DNA from: Eutreptiella sp. 'Long Island Sound 2002'
Taxonomy: Eukaryota; Protista; Euglenida
Assembly: GCA_964036045.1 (NCBI GenBank)
Contig: OZ038378.1
Coordinates: 31,062,001 to 31,126,000, forward strand
Direction of reading: 5' to 3'
Length of the DNA: 64,000 nucleotides
Positions 38,701-50,600 of the stretch are shown in pieces (the stretch's first letter is position 1; each line of letters starts with the position of its first letter). The notes beneath the pieces were generated by a model. That model saw only the letters and a list, made by a program, of their open reading frames with translations. It made no database searches and was not told the origin of the DNA. The translations under genes and the position numbers were made by a program.

Positions 38701-41641
38701 TTTGGGATAAAAAGCATGTAGCGTACAACAAGTACATGGCTTCCCTCTTACCCCGGTCTATGTACTACCAGTTACAAAAACTTCTACGAACCGATGTTAC
38801 CGACCTCCTTGAGATGTGCAACTCCGTGTGGAGTGCAGCGTGGGATATCGGTGGGGCGGTGTGTGGGGATGAGGCCATTATTCCCCACACCGGTGGCTGG
38901 TGCATGGGGCTACGGCAATACATCGCCCGCAAGCCCCATGCCACCGGTAGAAAGTTATACGTCCTTGCCGACAACACGGGGGGGGGGGGGGTACGTTGTG
39001 GACGTCTACCTCTACACCGGCCGTCAGGGGAGAGTCCAGGGGTGTGGGTCGTGTGCGGGGAACTTCGATGCCAAGCGCATCGTGGGGCTCTGGTCACGAC
39101 TCATCCCACTTGGGACCATGTTCGTGGCCGATAGCTTCTTCGGAAGCCATGCCATGGCACAAGACCTCTCGGCTCGTGGGACCCTTTACTTGATGCTCAT
39201 CAGGAAGGACAAGCGGGATGCCGGCCTAACAAAGGCCAAGCAGTCGACCCAAGAGGGCGATTGTGCACGGGCCATTGTGGACGGCACCTACGAGCTGTGC
39301 GTCTACAAGAATATGAAGGTTGGGCACAAGCCCCCAAAAATTGTCCCCTTCCTTACCAATTGTTGGTACGGGGTCGACGATCCCGCGCGGGATCAGAGGG
39401 GCAACAACCTCCCCGCCGTGGTGGCCAAGTACCGCCAGGTCTCCCGTGCCGTGGACGGGGCAAACCAAATGGCGCCGCAAATGCGCCAAATGGGGCGCCA
39501 AATGACATGGAGCCACGCCGTGCGTGCGTGCGTGCCTTCATGTTGTTAGCCACCGCCAATGTCACATCCTCCTCCAAGTAGAGGAGGTGATTCGATTGGC
39601 AGCCGGCCTGGCAACAATGCAGGCGGTATGCCCGCGCGACCTCCGCGGCCCGTAGGTCGGCGCGCGGTGGGGTATCCGAGTACAAGTCCCGGAGAAGGTT
39701 CCGCATGGCAACCTCCGCTTGCCACTCATCGTCCTCCGGGGCGTAGGCTCATAGGGGCGCGAATTCCTCCCGTGTGAGGAACAACGCCCGTGCCTCCTCT
39801 CCGCCTGGCGAAGCCGAGACCCCAAACCGGACGCCGGTGCGAGCCCGGTAGAGCACGCGTTGCACGGCCACAGCATTGTTCTATGGAAGGTCCCCTAGGC
39901 AGGCCACAGCGAAAGCCACTTGGAGGCGGCTCGTGGCCATGCAACAACGGAGGCCTGCATGGGAAGACCAAGCAGCGCTCCACCACAACGTGCGGCTCAC
40001 CTACGCACCCCCCATTCTCCAAATTGAGGCCCCTCTCCCAATGGAGGTGACGGGCCACCGCCTCCTTCTCCAATGTGCGGCAGACGTCCGACTTCACCCA
40101 CGCTCCCGCAACCTTGTCCCACACACCCATATTGTAAATAGAACCCACCATGGGCGATATGAAGACGCCAATGAGGTGCCTCACGAAGGGTTAGCCACCC
40201 CCGATGACCAACTCAGCGGGCACTTACTTGGTGCCCCAATAGAACTTCTTGCAGTCGTGGACGGACTGCAACACCTACGGACAAACGGGGGTTAATTTTT
40301 CAATTAATTTTTCGAGGTTAATATTGGATTAATTTTTCAGTTTGCGTTAATTGTTGCGAAATATCAAGTATTAACCTCGGAAAATGAACGCCAAAACGAA
40401 AGCGGAGCAAAACGACCGTATACCTGCAGGTTCTTGGACCATATTGTCACGAGCGCGGCCATGTCCTTGTCCCCGCATACGGCCAAACCAATGACCCATA
40501 CGTAGGCGGGTGTTCGGCCCCGTGCGCCGTGGTTGAGGAGCCCAATGGAAAGCTGGGTCCAACTTCCACCGGCGCACGGGTAGGCATCCCCACCGAGGAG
40601 GAAAGTGAGCGGCCGTTTCCAATCGATGGTGTCAACAAGGGGTGGGCGCGATTGGATGTAGCGGGCCCATGATTGCAACGGCCAAGGGCGGCCGCTTCTG
40701 GGGGGGTCCACCACAGACACGGGTCGATCTAGCGCAAGCGGCTTGACCAACTCCTTCCATGTGTCCATGAAGTGGTCACGTGAAGGGATGGGGCGGGGGA
40801 TTGGGAGGCCCGTCGCGGCAGTGTATGCAGCCCCCCGGCGGGTCGTGAACTCAAACACATGCCGGAAGCCGCCCTTGGGGACATTCAAGTCCATAAGTAA
40901 CCCGATCAATTCGGGTGCGGGGAAGAGGACGGAGTCATATTGCTTCACGGCCTCTATTTGCTTGTTGCGGATGAGCGGGAGTTGGGCAACCTTGGTGGCC
41001 TCGTACCACCGGGTGTTGGACAAAGGGGATGAGGCCATCCACTCACCAAGGAGTTGGGAGACCAAAGGGTCCCGCAAACTCTTGGCCCCACCCAAACGCG
41101 TGAGCGTCATACTAAGCTCGAGAAGGGTGTCCCGAGAGAAAGGCGTAACAAGAGCTACACAAGGGAAAAAGGAGGTTGGGAGTGGGGTGAGTGGGGGGAC
41201 CGGAGAGGGATGTGTGGGACTACATAACTACCTATAGGACTATGCAACCCCTGTAGCAACCCGTTGGGCGCCCTTTGACCACCCAAATACTTCAAATGGG
41301 CATGGTACGCGCACAAGCAAAGCAGGGCAAATGTACCAAAATTGGGTTACCGTGTTAATATTTGACAGGTTACTTTTCATATATTTCATACATTAAAAAT
41401 TAAAAATCACCATATTCCTTTGGCTACAGAGCCGCCATTCACGACCAGAGCCATGGAAAATGTCCAGCGTGTCCCTGGCAAACAAACCTAAACGTTCTAG
41501 GACACGTAGGACGCACATGACGCGCACGACGTTGGGGGCCAAATGCGGCGTGGCTCCGGGGACATGTTGAGAGCCACCAATCTAGGACACGCAGGACGCG
41601 CAGGACGCGCCCGACATTGATGTGCAGATGCACCATGGTGT

Positions 41642-41679
<38 letters not shown>

Positions 41680-44600
41680 GGGGTGGGTGGATGCATGGGG
41701 CCGCGTCCTCACAGTTGGGTATCCAGCCTACGCGGTTGTCCCACCAGGGTTCGCACTGGTCCCATGGGTAGGGATAGCAGAGGCTGCGCCCCCACGTCCG
41801 TCTCGTCATAGCCCACGACCTACTCCACATCATGGGCGGGCCCAAAGCACGTGATGTGCATGGCCGTGCCACATGCCGCGCACGCCCAATGCGTTCGGCC
41901 CTCACCACAATAGGTGCAGAGCTTCCGCTGCGTGTGCCGGACCGGTGCGTGTACCACGCTTTCCGGGCGGGCCGCGGGAGCCTCAGGCCGCGCAAAGTAC
42001 CGCCGCTTGAGGATGTCCCACTGAAACTCCCACATGGTGGTCTTCTCGTCCACCAACCCCAACGCCTTGCATGTTGCAAAGGCAAGCCCGGCCGCGTACC
42101 GCAGGCGGCGCGCCTTGGGGTCGGGTTGGGCGCGGTGTGCGCCGATGTTGTTGAGAGCTTCAACGCCAACCTCAAGTGGGCCTACAACGACCACACGGCC
42201 CGCGGGGGGGGGGATGCCAGGGGCTACGGCATTGGAACGGGAGGCGGAGGTGGTGTTGCAAGCGTTGGAGTGGTGGTTTTTGAAATTTGACCTACCGTTA
42301 CAACACCATGGGGCACCGCATACGGCCCCATGCACTATGGCCAAACTCATGGCCACCCAAAGTCCCCCACCGTCTTCCTTCTCGTCCCCACCCCTAGCTC
42401 TTGTTTCATCGATCCATGTACCAAGACATGCTGAAGGCCCTCTTGGGCGAGATGATGAAAGCCCAAGAAGACCGGCTGGTATGGTTGTTTTGCTTGTTGT
42501 TTGCATTTTGCATCGGTTAATTTTTGGGTAGTCTCAATTAATATTTGTAGGTTAATGTTAACGCCGGCAACTTATAATATTTAATATATTAGTTAGTATT
42601 AAGTGGTTAAATATTACCCTCGCAAATATTATTCGTGAATGCGAAAAATTAATTTCTTTTGTATTTTCGCCTTAGATGCGTCATCCGACCGGTATAGTCA
42701 GGGGGGGGGGGGTTCTGAGAAATCCGATGGCGTGGGGGGTTTTGAAAAGAAAACCCTTATTTAAAAAATCGTCTCTGCGGGGGTTTTAAGGGTGTTTATC
42801 GACGCAGACACACCTTTTGTGCGAAATTTTTTTCGGTGGTATTCTTTTGGACTACACATCCAAAGTTTTGCCCTTACCCCCAATCAAGCCACTTTTGATT
42901 TTTTCCCCCTAGCTAGGGACCCCCCATAATGCAAGGGTGATGTAGCATTTCCGCCCGAGAAGGGAGGGACAGCGTGGTCCTTAGTAATGTCTATCCTCCC
43001 TTTTGGGGGATCCCGAGAAAGCAAGGGTTGCGTAGCAATTCCGCCCTCTTTTGGGCGCCCAAAAATTTTGCCCCCTTTGCTCGCCGGCCCACGTGTGGGC
43101 CACTTCTCATTCTGCCCCCCGCTCTGAAGCGCTGGGGACCCCCCCGGCGGCGGGGGTTATGTAGCCACCTTGCCCACTTGTGGGCTTCCGATTCTGCCCC
43201 CCGCTCTGAAGCGGTGGGGACCCCCGGGGCGGCATGGGTTATGTAGCCACCTTGCCCACTTGTGGGCCACTTCTGATTCTGCCCCCCGCTTTGAAGCTGC
43301 GGGGACCCCCCGGGCGGCCGGGGTTATGTAGCCACCTTGCCCACTTTTGGGCCACTTCTGATGCTGCCCCCCGCTCTGAAGCGTTGGAGACCACCAGGCG
43401 GCGGCGGTTATGTAGCCACCTTGCTAATTTGTGGGCCACTTCTGATTTTGCTTGCCGCTTTGAAGCTGCGGGGACCCCAACGGCGGCAGGGGTTATGTAG
43501 TCACCTTGCCCACTTGTGGGCCACCTCTGATTCTACCCCCCGCTCCGAAGCGGTGGGGATCCCCCCCCAAAGCGGCAGGGGTTATGTAGCCACCTTGCCC
43601 ACTTCAGGGCCACTTCTGATTTTGCCCGCCGCTTTGAAGCGGCGGGGACCCCCGAGGTGGCAAGGGATATGTAGCCACCTTGCCCACTTGTGGGCCACTT
43701 CGGATTCCCCCCCCCCCGCTCTGAAGCGGTGGGGAACCCCGGGCCGGCAAGGGATATGTAGCCACCTTGCCCACTTGTGGGCCACTTCGGATTCTGCCCC
43801 CCGCTTTGAAGCACCAGCGACCCCCCAGGCGGCAGGGGTTATGTAGCCACCTTGCCCGCTTGTGGGCCATTTCCGATTGTGCCCCCCGCTTTACAGCGGT
43901 GGGGACCCCCGAAGCGGCAGGGGTTATGTAGCCACCTTGCCCACTTGTGGTCCACTTCCGATTATGTCCCCCGCTCTCAAGCGGTGGTGACCCCATCAGG
44001 CGGCCGCGGTTATGTAGCCACCGTCCTCATTTGTGGGCCACTTCTGATTTTGCTTGCCGCTTTGAAGCGGCAGGGTCCCCACCAGGCGGCAGGGGTTATG
44101 TAGCCACCTTGCCCACTTGTGGACCACCTCTGATTGTACCCCCCGCTCCGAAGCGGTGGGGACCCCCGTAGGCGGCAGGGGTAATGTTGCCACCTTGCCC
44201 ACTTCAGGGCCACTTCTGATTTTGCCCGCCGCTTTGAAGCGGCGGGGATCCCCGAAGCGGCCAAGGTTATGTAGCCACCTTGCCCACTTGTTGGCCACTT
44301 CGGATTCTGCCCCCCGCTGTAAAGCGGTGGGGACCCCCGGGGCGGCAACGGATATGTAGCCACCTTGCCCACTTCTGGGACACTTCGGATTCTGTCCCCC
44401 GCTTTAAAGCGGTGGGGACTCCCGGGGCGGCAGGGGTTATGTAGCCACCTTGCCCACTTGTGGGCCACTTCTGATGCTGCCCCCTGCTCTGAAGCGGCGA
44501 GGACCCCCGAGGCGGCAGGGGTTATGTAGCCACCTTGTGCACTTGTGGACCACTTCTAATTTTGCCCCCCGCTTTGAGGCACTAGGGACGCTCCAAGCGG

Positions 44601-47600
44601 TAGGGGTTATATAGCCACCTTGCCCACTTGTGCGCCACCTCTGATTATGCCCCCTGCTTTGAAGCGGTAGGGATCCCTGAGGCGGCAGGGGTTATGTAAT
44701 TACCCCGCCCACTTGTGGTCCACTTCCGATTCTTCCCCCTACTGTGAAGCGGTGGGGACCCCCGAGGCGGCAGGGGTTGTGTAGCCACCTTGCACACTTG
44801 TGGGCCACCTTTGATTTTGCCCTCCGCTCTGAAGTGGTGGGGTCCCCCGGGACGGCAGGGGTTATGTAGCCACCTTGCCCACTTGTGGGCCACTTCTGAT
44901 GCTGCCCCCTGCTCTGAAGCGGCGAGGACCCCCGAGGCGGCAGGGGTTATGTAGCCACCTTGTGCACTTGTGGACCACTTCTAATTTTGCCCCCCGCTTT
45001 GAAGCACTAGGGACGCTCCAAGCGGTAGGGGTTATATAGCCACCTTGCCCACTTGTGCGCCACCTCTGATTATGCCCCCTGCTTTGAAGCGGTAGGGATC
45101 CCTGAGGCGGCAGGGGTTATGTAGCTACCCCGCCCACTTGTGGTCCACTTCCGATTCTTCCCCCTACTGTGAAGCGGTGGGGACCCCCGAGGCGGCAGGG
45201 GTTATGTAGCCACCTTGCACACTTGTGGGCCACCTTTGATTTTGCCCTCCGCTCTGAAGTGGTGGGGTCCCCCGGGACGGCAGGGGTTATGTAGCCACCT
45301 TGCCCACTTGTGGGCCACTTCTAATTCTGCCCCCCGCTTTGAAGCGGTGGGGACCCGTCAGGCGGCAGGGGTTATGTAGCCACCTGGTGCACTTGTGGGC
45401 CACCTCTGATTTTGCTTGCCGCTTTGAAGCGGCGGGGACCCCCGAGGCGGCAGGGGTTATGTAGCCACCTTGCCCACTTGTGGGCCACTTCTAATTCTGC
45501 CCCCCGCTTTGAAGCGGTGGGGACCCGTCAGGCGGCAGGGGATATGTACCCACCTTGCTGATATGTGGGCCACCTCTGATTTTGCTTGCCGCTTTGAAGC
45601 GGCGGGGACCCCCCAGGCGGCAGGGGTTATGTAGCCACCTTGCCCACTTATGGGCCACTTTTGATTCTGCCCCCCGCTCCAAAGCGGGGGGAGCCCCGAG
45701 GCGGCAGGGCTTATGTAGCCACCTTGCCCACTTGTGGGCCTCTTCTAATTGTGCCCCCGTTGTGAAGCGGTGGTGACCCCCGAGGCGGCAGGGGCTATGC
45801 ACATGTGGTAGCCACCTTGCCCACTTGTGGGCCACCTCTGATTCTGCTCCCAGCTCTAAAGCGGTGGGGACCCCCCCGGCGGCATGGGTTATGTAGCCGA
45901 CTTGCCCACTTGTAGGCCACTTTTGATTATGCCCCCGTCTCTGAAGCGGTGGGGACCCCATGCGGCAAGGCTTATGTAGGCAATTTGCTCATTTGTGGGC
46001 GACCTCAGATTTTGCCTGCCGCTTTCAAGCGACGGCGACCCCCAAGTCGGCAGGTGTTATGTAGCCACCTTGCCCACTTGTGGGCCACTTCTAATTCTGC
46101 CCCCCACTCTGCAGCGTTGGGGACCCTCGAGGCGGTGGCGGTTATGTAGCCACCATGCTCTTTTGTGGGCCACTTCCAATTGTCCTTCCCGCTCCGAAGT
46201 GGTGGGGACCCGTCAGGCGGCAAGGGTTATGTAGCCACTGTGCCCACTTGTGGGCCATTTCCGATTCTGCCTCCCGCTCTGCAGCGGTGGGGAGCCCCGA
46301 GGCGGCAGAGGTTATGTAGCCACCTTGCCCACTTGTGGGCCACCTTTGATTCTCCCCCTCGCTCTGAAGCGGTGGGGACCCCTGGGGCGGCAAGGGTTAT
46401 GTAGCCACCTTGCCCATTTGTGCGCCACTTCGGATTCTGCCCCCAGCTTTGAAGCACTAGGGGTTATGTAGCCACTGTGCCCACTTGTGGGGCATTTCCG
46501 CTTCTGCCCCCCGCTCTGTAGCGGTGGGGACCCCCAGGTGCCAGGGGTTATGTAGCCACCTTGCCCACTTGTGGGCTTCCGAATCTGCCCCCCGCTCTGT
46601 AGCGGTGGGGACCCCCAGGCGACACGGGTTATGTAGCCACCTTGCCCACTTGTGGGCCACTTCTGATTGTGCGCCCCGCTTTGAAGCTGCGATGACCCCC
46701 GAGGCGGTAGGGGTCTTGTAACCACCTTGCCCACTTGTGGGCCATTTTTGATTCTGCCCCTCGCTCTAATGCGGTGGGAGCCCCCGGGGCGGCAGGGGTT
46801 ATGTAGCCACCTTGCCCACTTGTGGGGCACTTCTGATTCTCCCCCGCGCTGCAAAGCGGTGGGGACCCCCGAGGCGGCAAGGTTCATGTAGCCACCTTGC
46901 CCATTTGTGGGCCACTTCGGCTTCTGCCCCCCGCTTTGAAGCACTAGGGACCCCCCAAGCGGTAGGGGTTATGTAGCCACCGTGCCCATGGGGCCATTTC
47001 GGATTCTGCCCCCGGCTGTGTAGCGGTGGGGACCCTTGGGGCGGCAGGGGTTATGTAGCCACCTTTACACTTGTGGGCCAAATCTCATTCTGCCCCCCCA
47101 TTAGAAGCGGTGGGGATCCCCCAGGCAGCAGGGGTTATGTAGCCACCTTGCCCATTTGTGGGCCACTTCTGATTTTGCCCCCCCGCTGTAAAGCGCCGGC
47201 GACCCCCGAGGCGGCATTGTACCCACCTTGCTCATTTGTGGACCACCTCAGCTTTCGCCCGCCGCTTTGAAGCTGCGGGGACCCCCGAGGCGGCAGGGGT
47301 TATGTCGTCACCTTGCCCACTTGTGGGCCACTTCTGATTCTGCCCCCCGCTTTGAAGCTGCGGGGACCCCCGAGGCGGTAGGGGTTATGTAGCCACCTTG
47401 CCCACTTGTGGGCCACTTCTGATTATGCCCCCTGCTCTCAAGCGGTGGTGACCCCACCAGGCGGCGGGGGTTATGTAGCCACCTTGCCCACTTGTGGGCC
47501 ACCTTTGATTCTGCCCCCCGCTCTAAAGCGGTGGGGACCCGTCAGGCGGCAGGGGTTATGTAGCCACCTTGCCCACTTGTGGGCCACTTGTGATTCTGCC

Positions 47601-50600
47601 CCCCGCTTTGAAGCGGTGGGGACCCCCCGGGCGGGAGGGGTTATGTAGCCACCTTGCTCATTTGTGGGCCATTTTTGATTCTGCCCCCTGCTTTGAAGCG
47701 GTGGGGACCCCCGAGGCGGCAGGGGTTGTGTAGCCACCTTGCCCACTTGTGACCCACCCCTGAGTTTGCCCGCCACTTTGAAGCGGTGGGGACCCCGGAG
47801 GCGGCCAGGGTTATGTAGCCACCTTGCCCACTTGTGGGCCACTTTTGATTCTGCCCACTTGGGGGCCCACTTCCGACTTTGCCCGCCGCTTTGAAGCGAT
47901 CGGGACCCCCCATGCGGCATTTTTTTTTTGGCACATCCTGATTGGCGCAAGCGGCATGAGTGCTATGCCACTAATCGATTGACTCCACTTGAGTACAGGT
48001 CAACTTGTAGTGTGCAAGGTGTCCATGTCAAAAAGGTCGGGAAAGGGGTACATTGCCTACAAGAGCCATCCTTGAGCAACACCCACAGATTGGCTCATTT
48101 GCGCGCAATGTCTTGGAATATCTTTTCCAAGGCGGTGCAACCCTTTTGAAACTATGTGGTGCACCCCTCCTGTTCGACAAAGAAGACAATCCTTCGGGGA
48201 CCGCCCCGGACACCAAATGAATGGAGGATAGCGATCCTACCGATGCTTTTTCCCTGGAATCCTGGCTACGTTGTCATGGTTGTGACCGAAATCAAGTCTA
48301 TGTCCCATGCGCCAATGGACACACTGTGCATATTCCACAACTTGTCAATGAGTATTTCAACGGCAATGTTGAACATACGTCAACCGATCGGGTGCGGTGC
48401 ACAGCACAAACCGCCTGGTTTGGTCAGACCCCCACGAATTTAAACAATATTGCATTGCCTGACAATTGCAATTTTGATGAGGATGGAGTCACGGTTGGTG
48501 CTATCTTTCTTGCACTTGTGACCTTCATATAAGGTTCGCAACGGACGTGTTCCGCGGGCACGTTTAGTTTTTCATGGTGCACCGTTGACGGTGCAAGGGT
48601 TTATGGTACCACGAAGGAGGCGCTTGCCACAGGACATGCCATCCCCGTGATAGGTCAATTTTTGCCTTTTGTCGCAATGAGCAGTGATCCAACTTTGTTG
48701 CGGTGGAAGGGACGGTTTGGTCCGGAATGTGAGTTTCGGAATGGGCATGTGGTTTTTTTGGATGCCCAAATGGATGCCGATGGTCGTTGGGTCATTCCAG
48801 TGGGCACCCTGTCTACCTTTGTGAAAACCGCACAGGTGCCAAATTGTCCTCAGTTGCGTGCAGAGCCATACACTGGTGTGGCACATACTAGCGTGCGGCC
48901 CGCGGAAGCAACAAAATTTTGTTTGTTTTGTAGAGCGGCCATTGCTTTGGCAAGGATGCGCAATCATGTGGCAGTGTACTTGCAGAAGGGAGAGGTGGTA
49001 AGTGACCCAAGGATGTGTCGTGAGGCCGAACCTTGTGGTTTCTCGTGGACGCACAACGGGCACGTGTACCACAAGTATTGTGGGGTGTGCGTGTGACTAG
49101 ACTGGTCGGCCGACGCAACTCGGGAGGCCCTTAAGGCTATGGCGGGCCAGGCCTCCCTCCCCGCGCCATTGTGTGGGCCTTCCATTACTAGTGTGCATGC
49201 TCCTACAAGGGAAGGAGAGGGAGAGCGAGGAGGTGTAGGGGGCGGGGGAAGTTTCCGTTTGTGACGTGTGTGTGCATATAGCTCCGCCTACTTCTTCTGC
49301 CCTGACGTCTTCACCATGCAATGCTTCTTAGCACTTTGCTTGGTAGTGGTGATGCGCCGCTTTGTGCCCTTGGTAGGCACAGCTCTCTTTTGGGGGAGAA
49401 CTTCCACCCCGGAAGAAGGGGTAGAAAAGGAAGAAGATGAGGAAGACGAGGAGCTATTACCATCTTCGGAAGTTGCGGAACTCTCGTTACCGCTGGATGA
49501 ATCGTGATCTGCGGAAGACCCAGATTCCACAGAGCTTGCATCCTCCTCCGGTTTCCACTCCCAATCGGAGCGGCCAAGAGAGGCTTCAGAGAAGGACGCA
49601 CTCTCGTTGTGGACCGCCTTTGCCACTTTCAAAGTGATCTTGGGCTTCATCACCATGGGGATTTTTTTGGCTCGCCCCCTTTTTTTCTCATCGTCCTAGC
49701 TGACTACAACCCATTCCGTCAAATCAACGGTGTTTGGTGCCACGGTTGGATGGCACCGTGCCAAGTGAGTGTTGATGTTGAAAACCCACGGGGTGGCACT
49801 GCACCCGGGAATAGGACATTCACGGGGCATTTTTTCTTGTTTGCGCATGGCCACTGCGAGCTTCAATGGGACCACACACGGGCATGTGCTGCTGAATTTG
49901 TTGCGCTTCTCTTATGCCCTCCCCTTGACGCATTTCTCACCCCATGTATTTCTAACCCCATGATGCATTCTGCACCCCATGACCGACCTTGATGCATTTC
50001 AACCCCCATGCTACAATTCCAACCCCACGGTGTATTTCGAACCCCATGACTGCCTCGGAGACCCACAGTCCCGAGGTTACTAGTACCCATCGCCGGAAAC
50101 ACCCAAGCCGATGAAACCCTACCATAGACGTTGGTAGGGGCGGTGCGAATTGTCGGATCACACCTGGGCGGCATACCCAACTGTTCGGAGGTGCCCGACG
50201 CTATTTTTTCTTGCGGGGGGGGTTTTGGGCGGCCGGGGTGCTCTTCGCGCGGACAATACCCCCGCGCAGCGAAAAACCACCTTTAAACCCCCCCCCCCCA
50301 AACCCCCCCCTTTTTTTTAAATTTGGCTCTGTGGTGGGGTTTAAGCATGATATCCGATTTCCGAGAACCCCGCCCCCCCCTGAGTATAGTGACACGCGAG
50401 GACGCTAGCGCCACAGAGGATGACAACGCCACCGAGGATGCGGCACTAGGGGTGGAAATTACCGTCTCCGCGGAGGGATATGCGGATGACACCTACATGC
50501 TGATGGTTGCGCTGCTGTCCCTCCTGTCCATGCTGGTGGCCACTAGCAAATGGCTGAAGCTCACGAGCCAAGAAATAAACGCCAAAAAGTCGCTAGCTTT

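Larger units (their letters stand above)
42699..50382. mobile_element. TIR DNA transposon B (hAT-like CAGGGG ends), 7.7 kb, related to element A
   Basis: Starts CAGGGGGGGGGGGGTTCTGAGAAATCCGAT and ends ATCCGATTTCCGAGAACCCCGCCCCCCCCTG. Flanks are GGTATAGT (42691-42698) and AGTATAGT (50383-50390). Confidence 0.82.

Noticed and set aside
43040-47900. CRISPR array
   Set aside because: Whole ~85-bp units are repeated with no unique spacers, there are no cas genes, and the context is eukaryotic.
43234-47950. Many overlapping ORFs (MAHKWARWLHN...) as a repeat-protein family
   Set aside because: They are artefacts of the satellite; frames shift from unit to unit on both strands.
50383-50391. TAGTG as a CACTA-type terminus for element B
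   Set aside because: The left end lacks CACTA, and the CAGGGG/CCCCTG ends with an 8-bp flank match fit better; not fully excluded.
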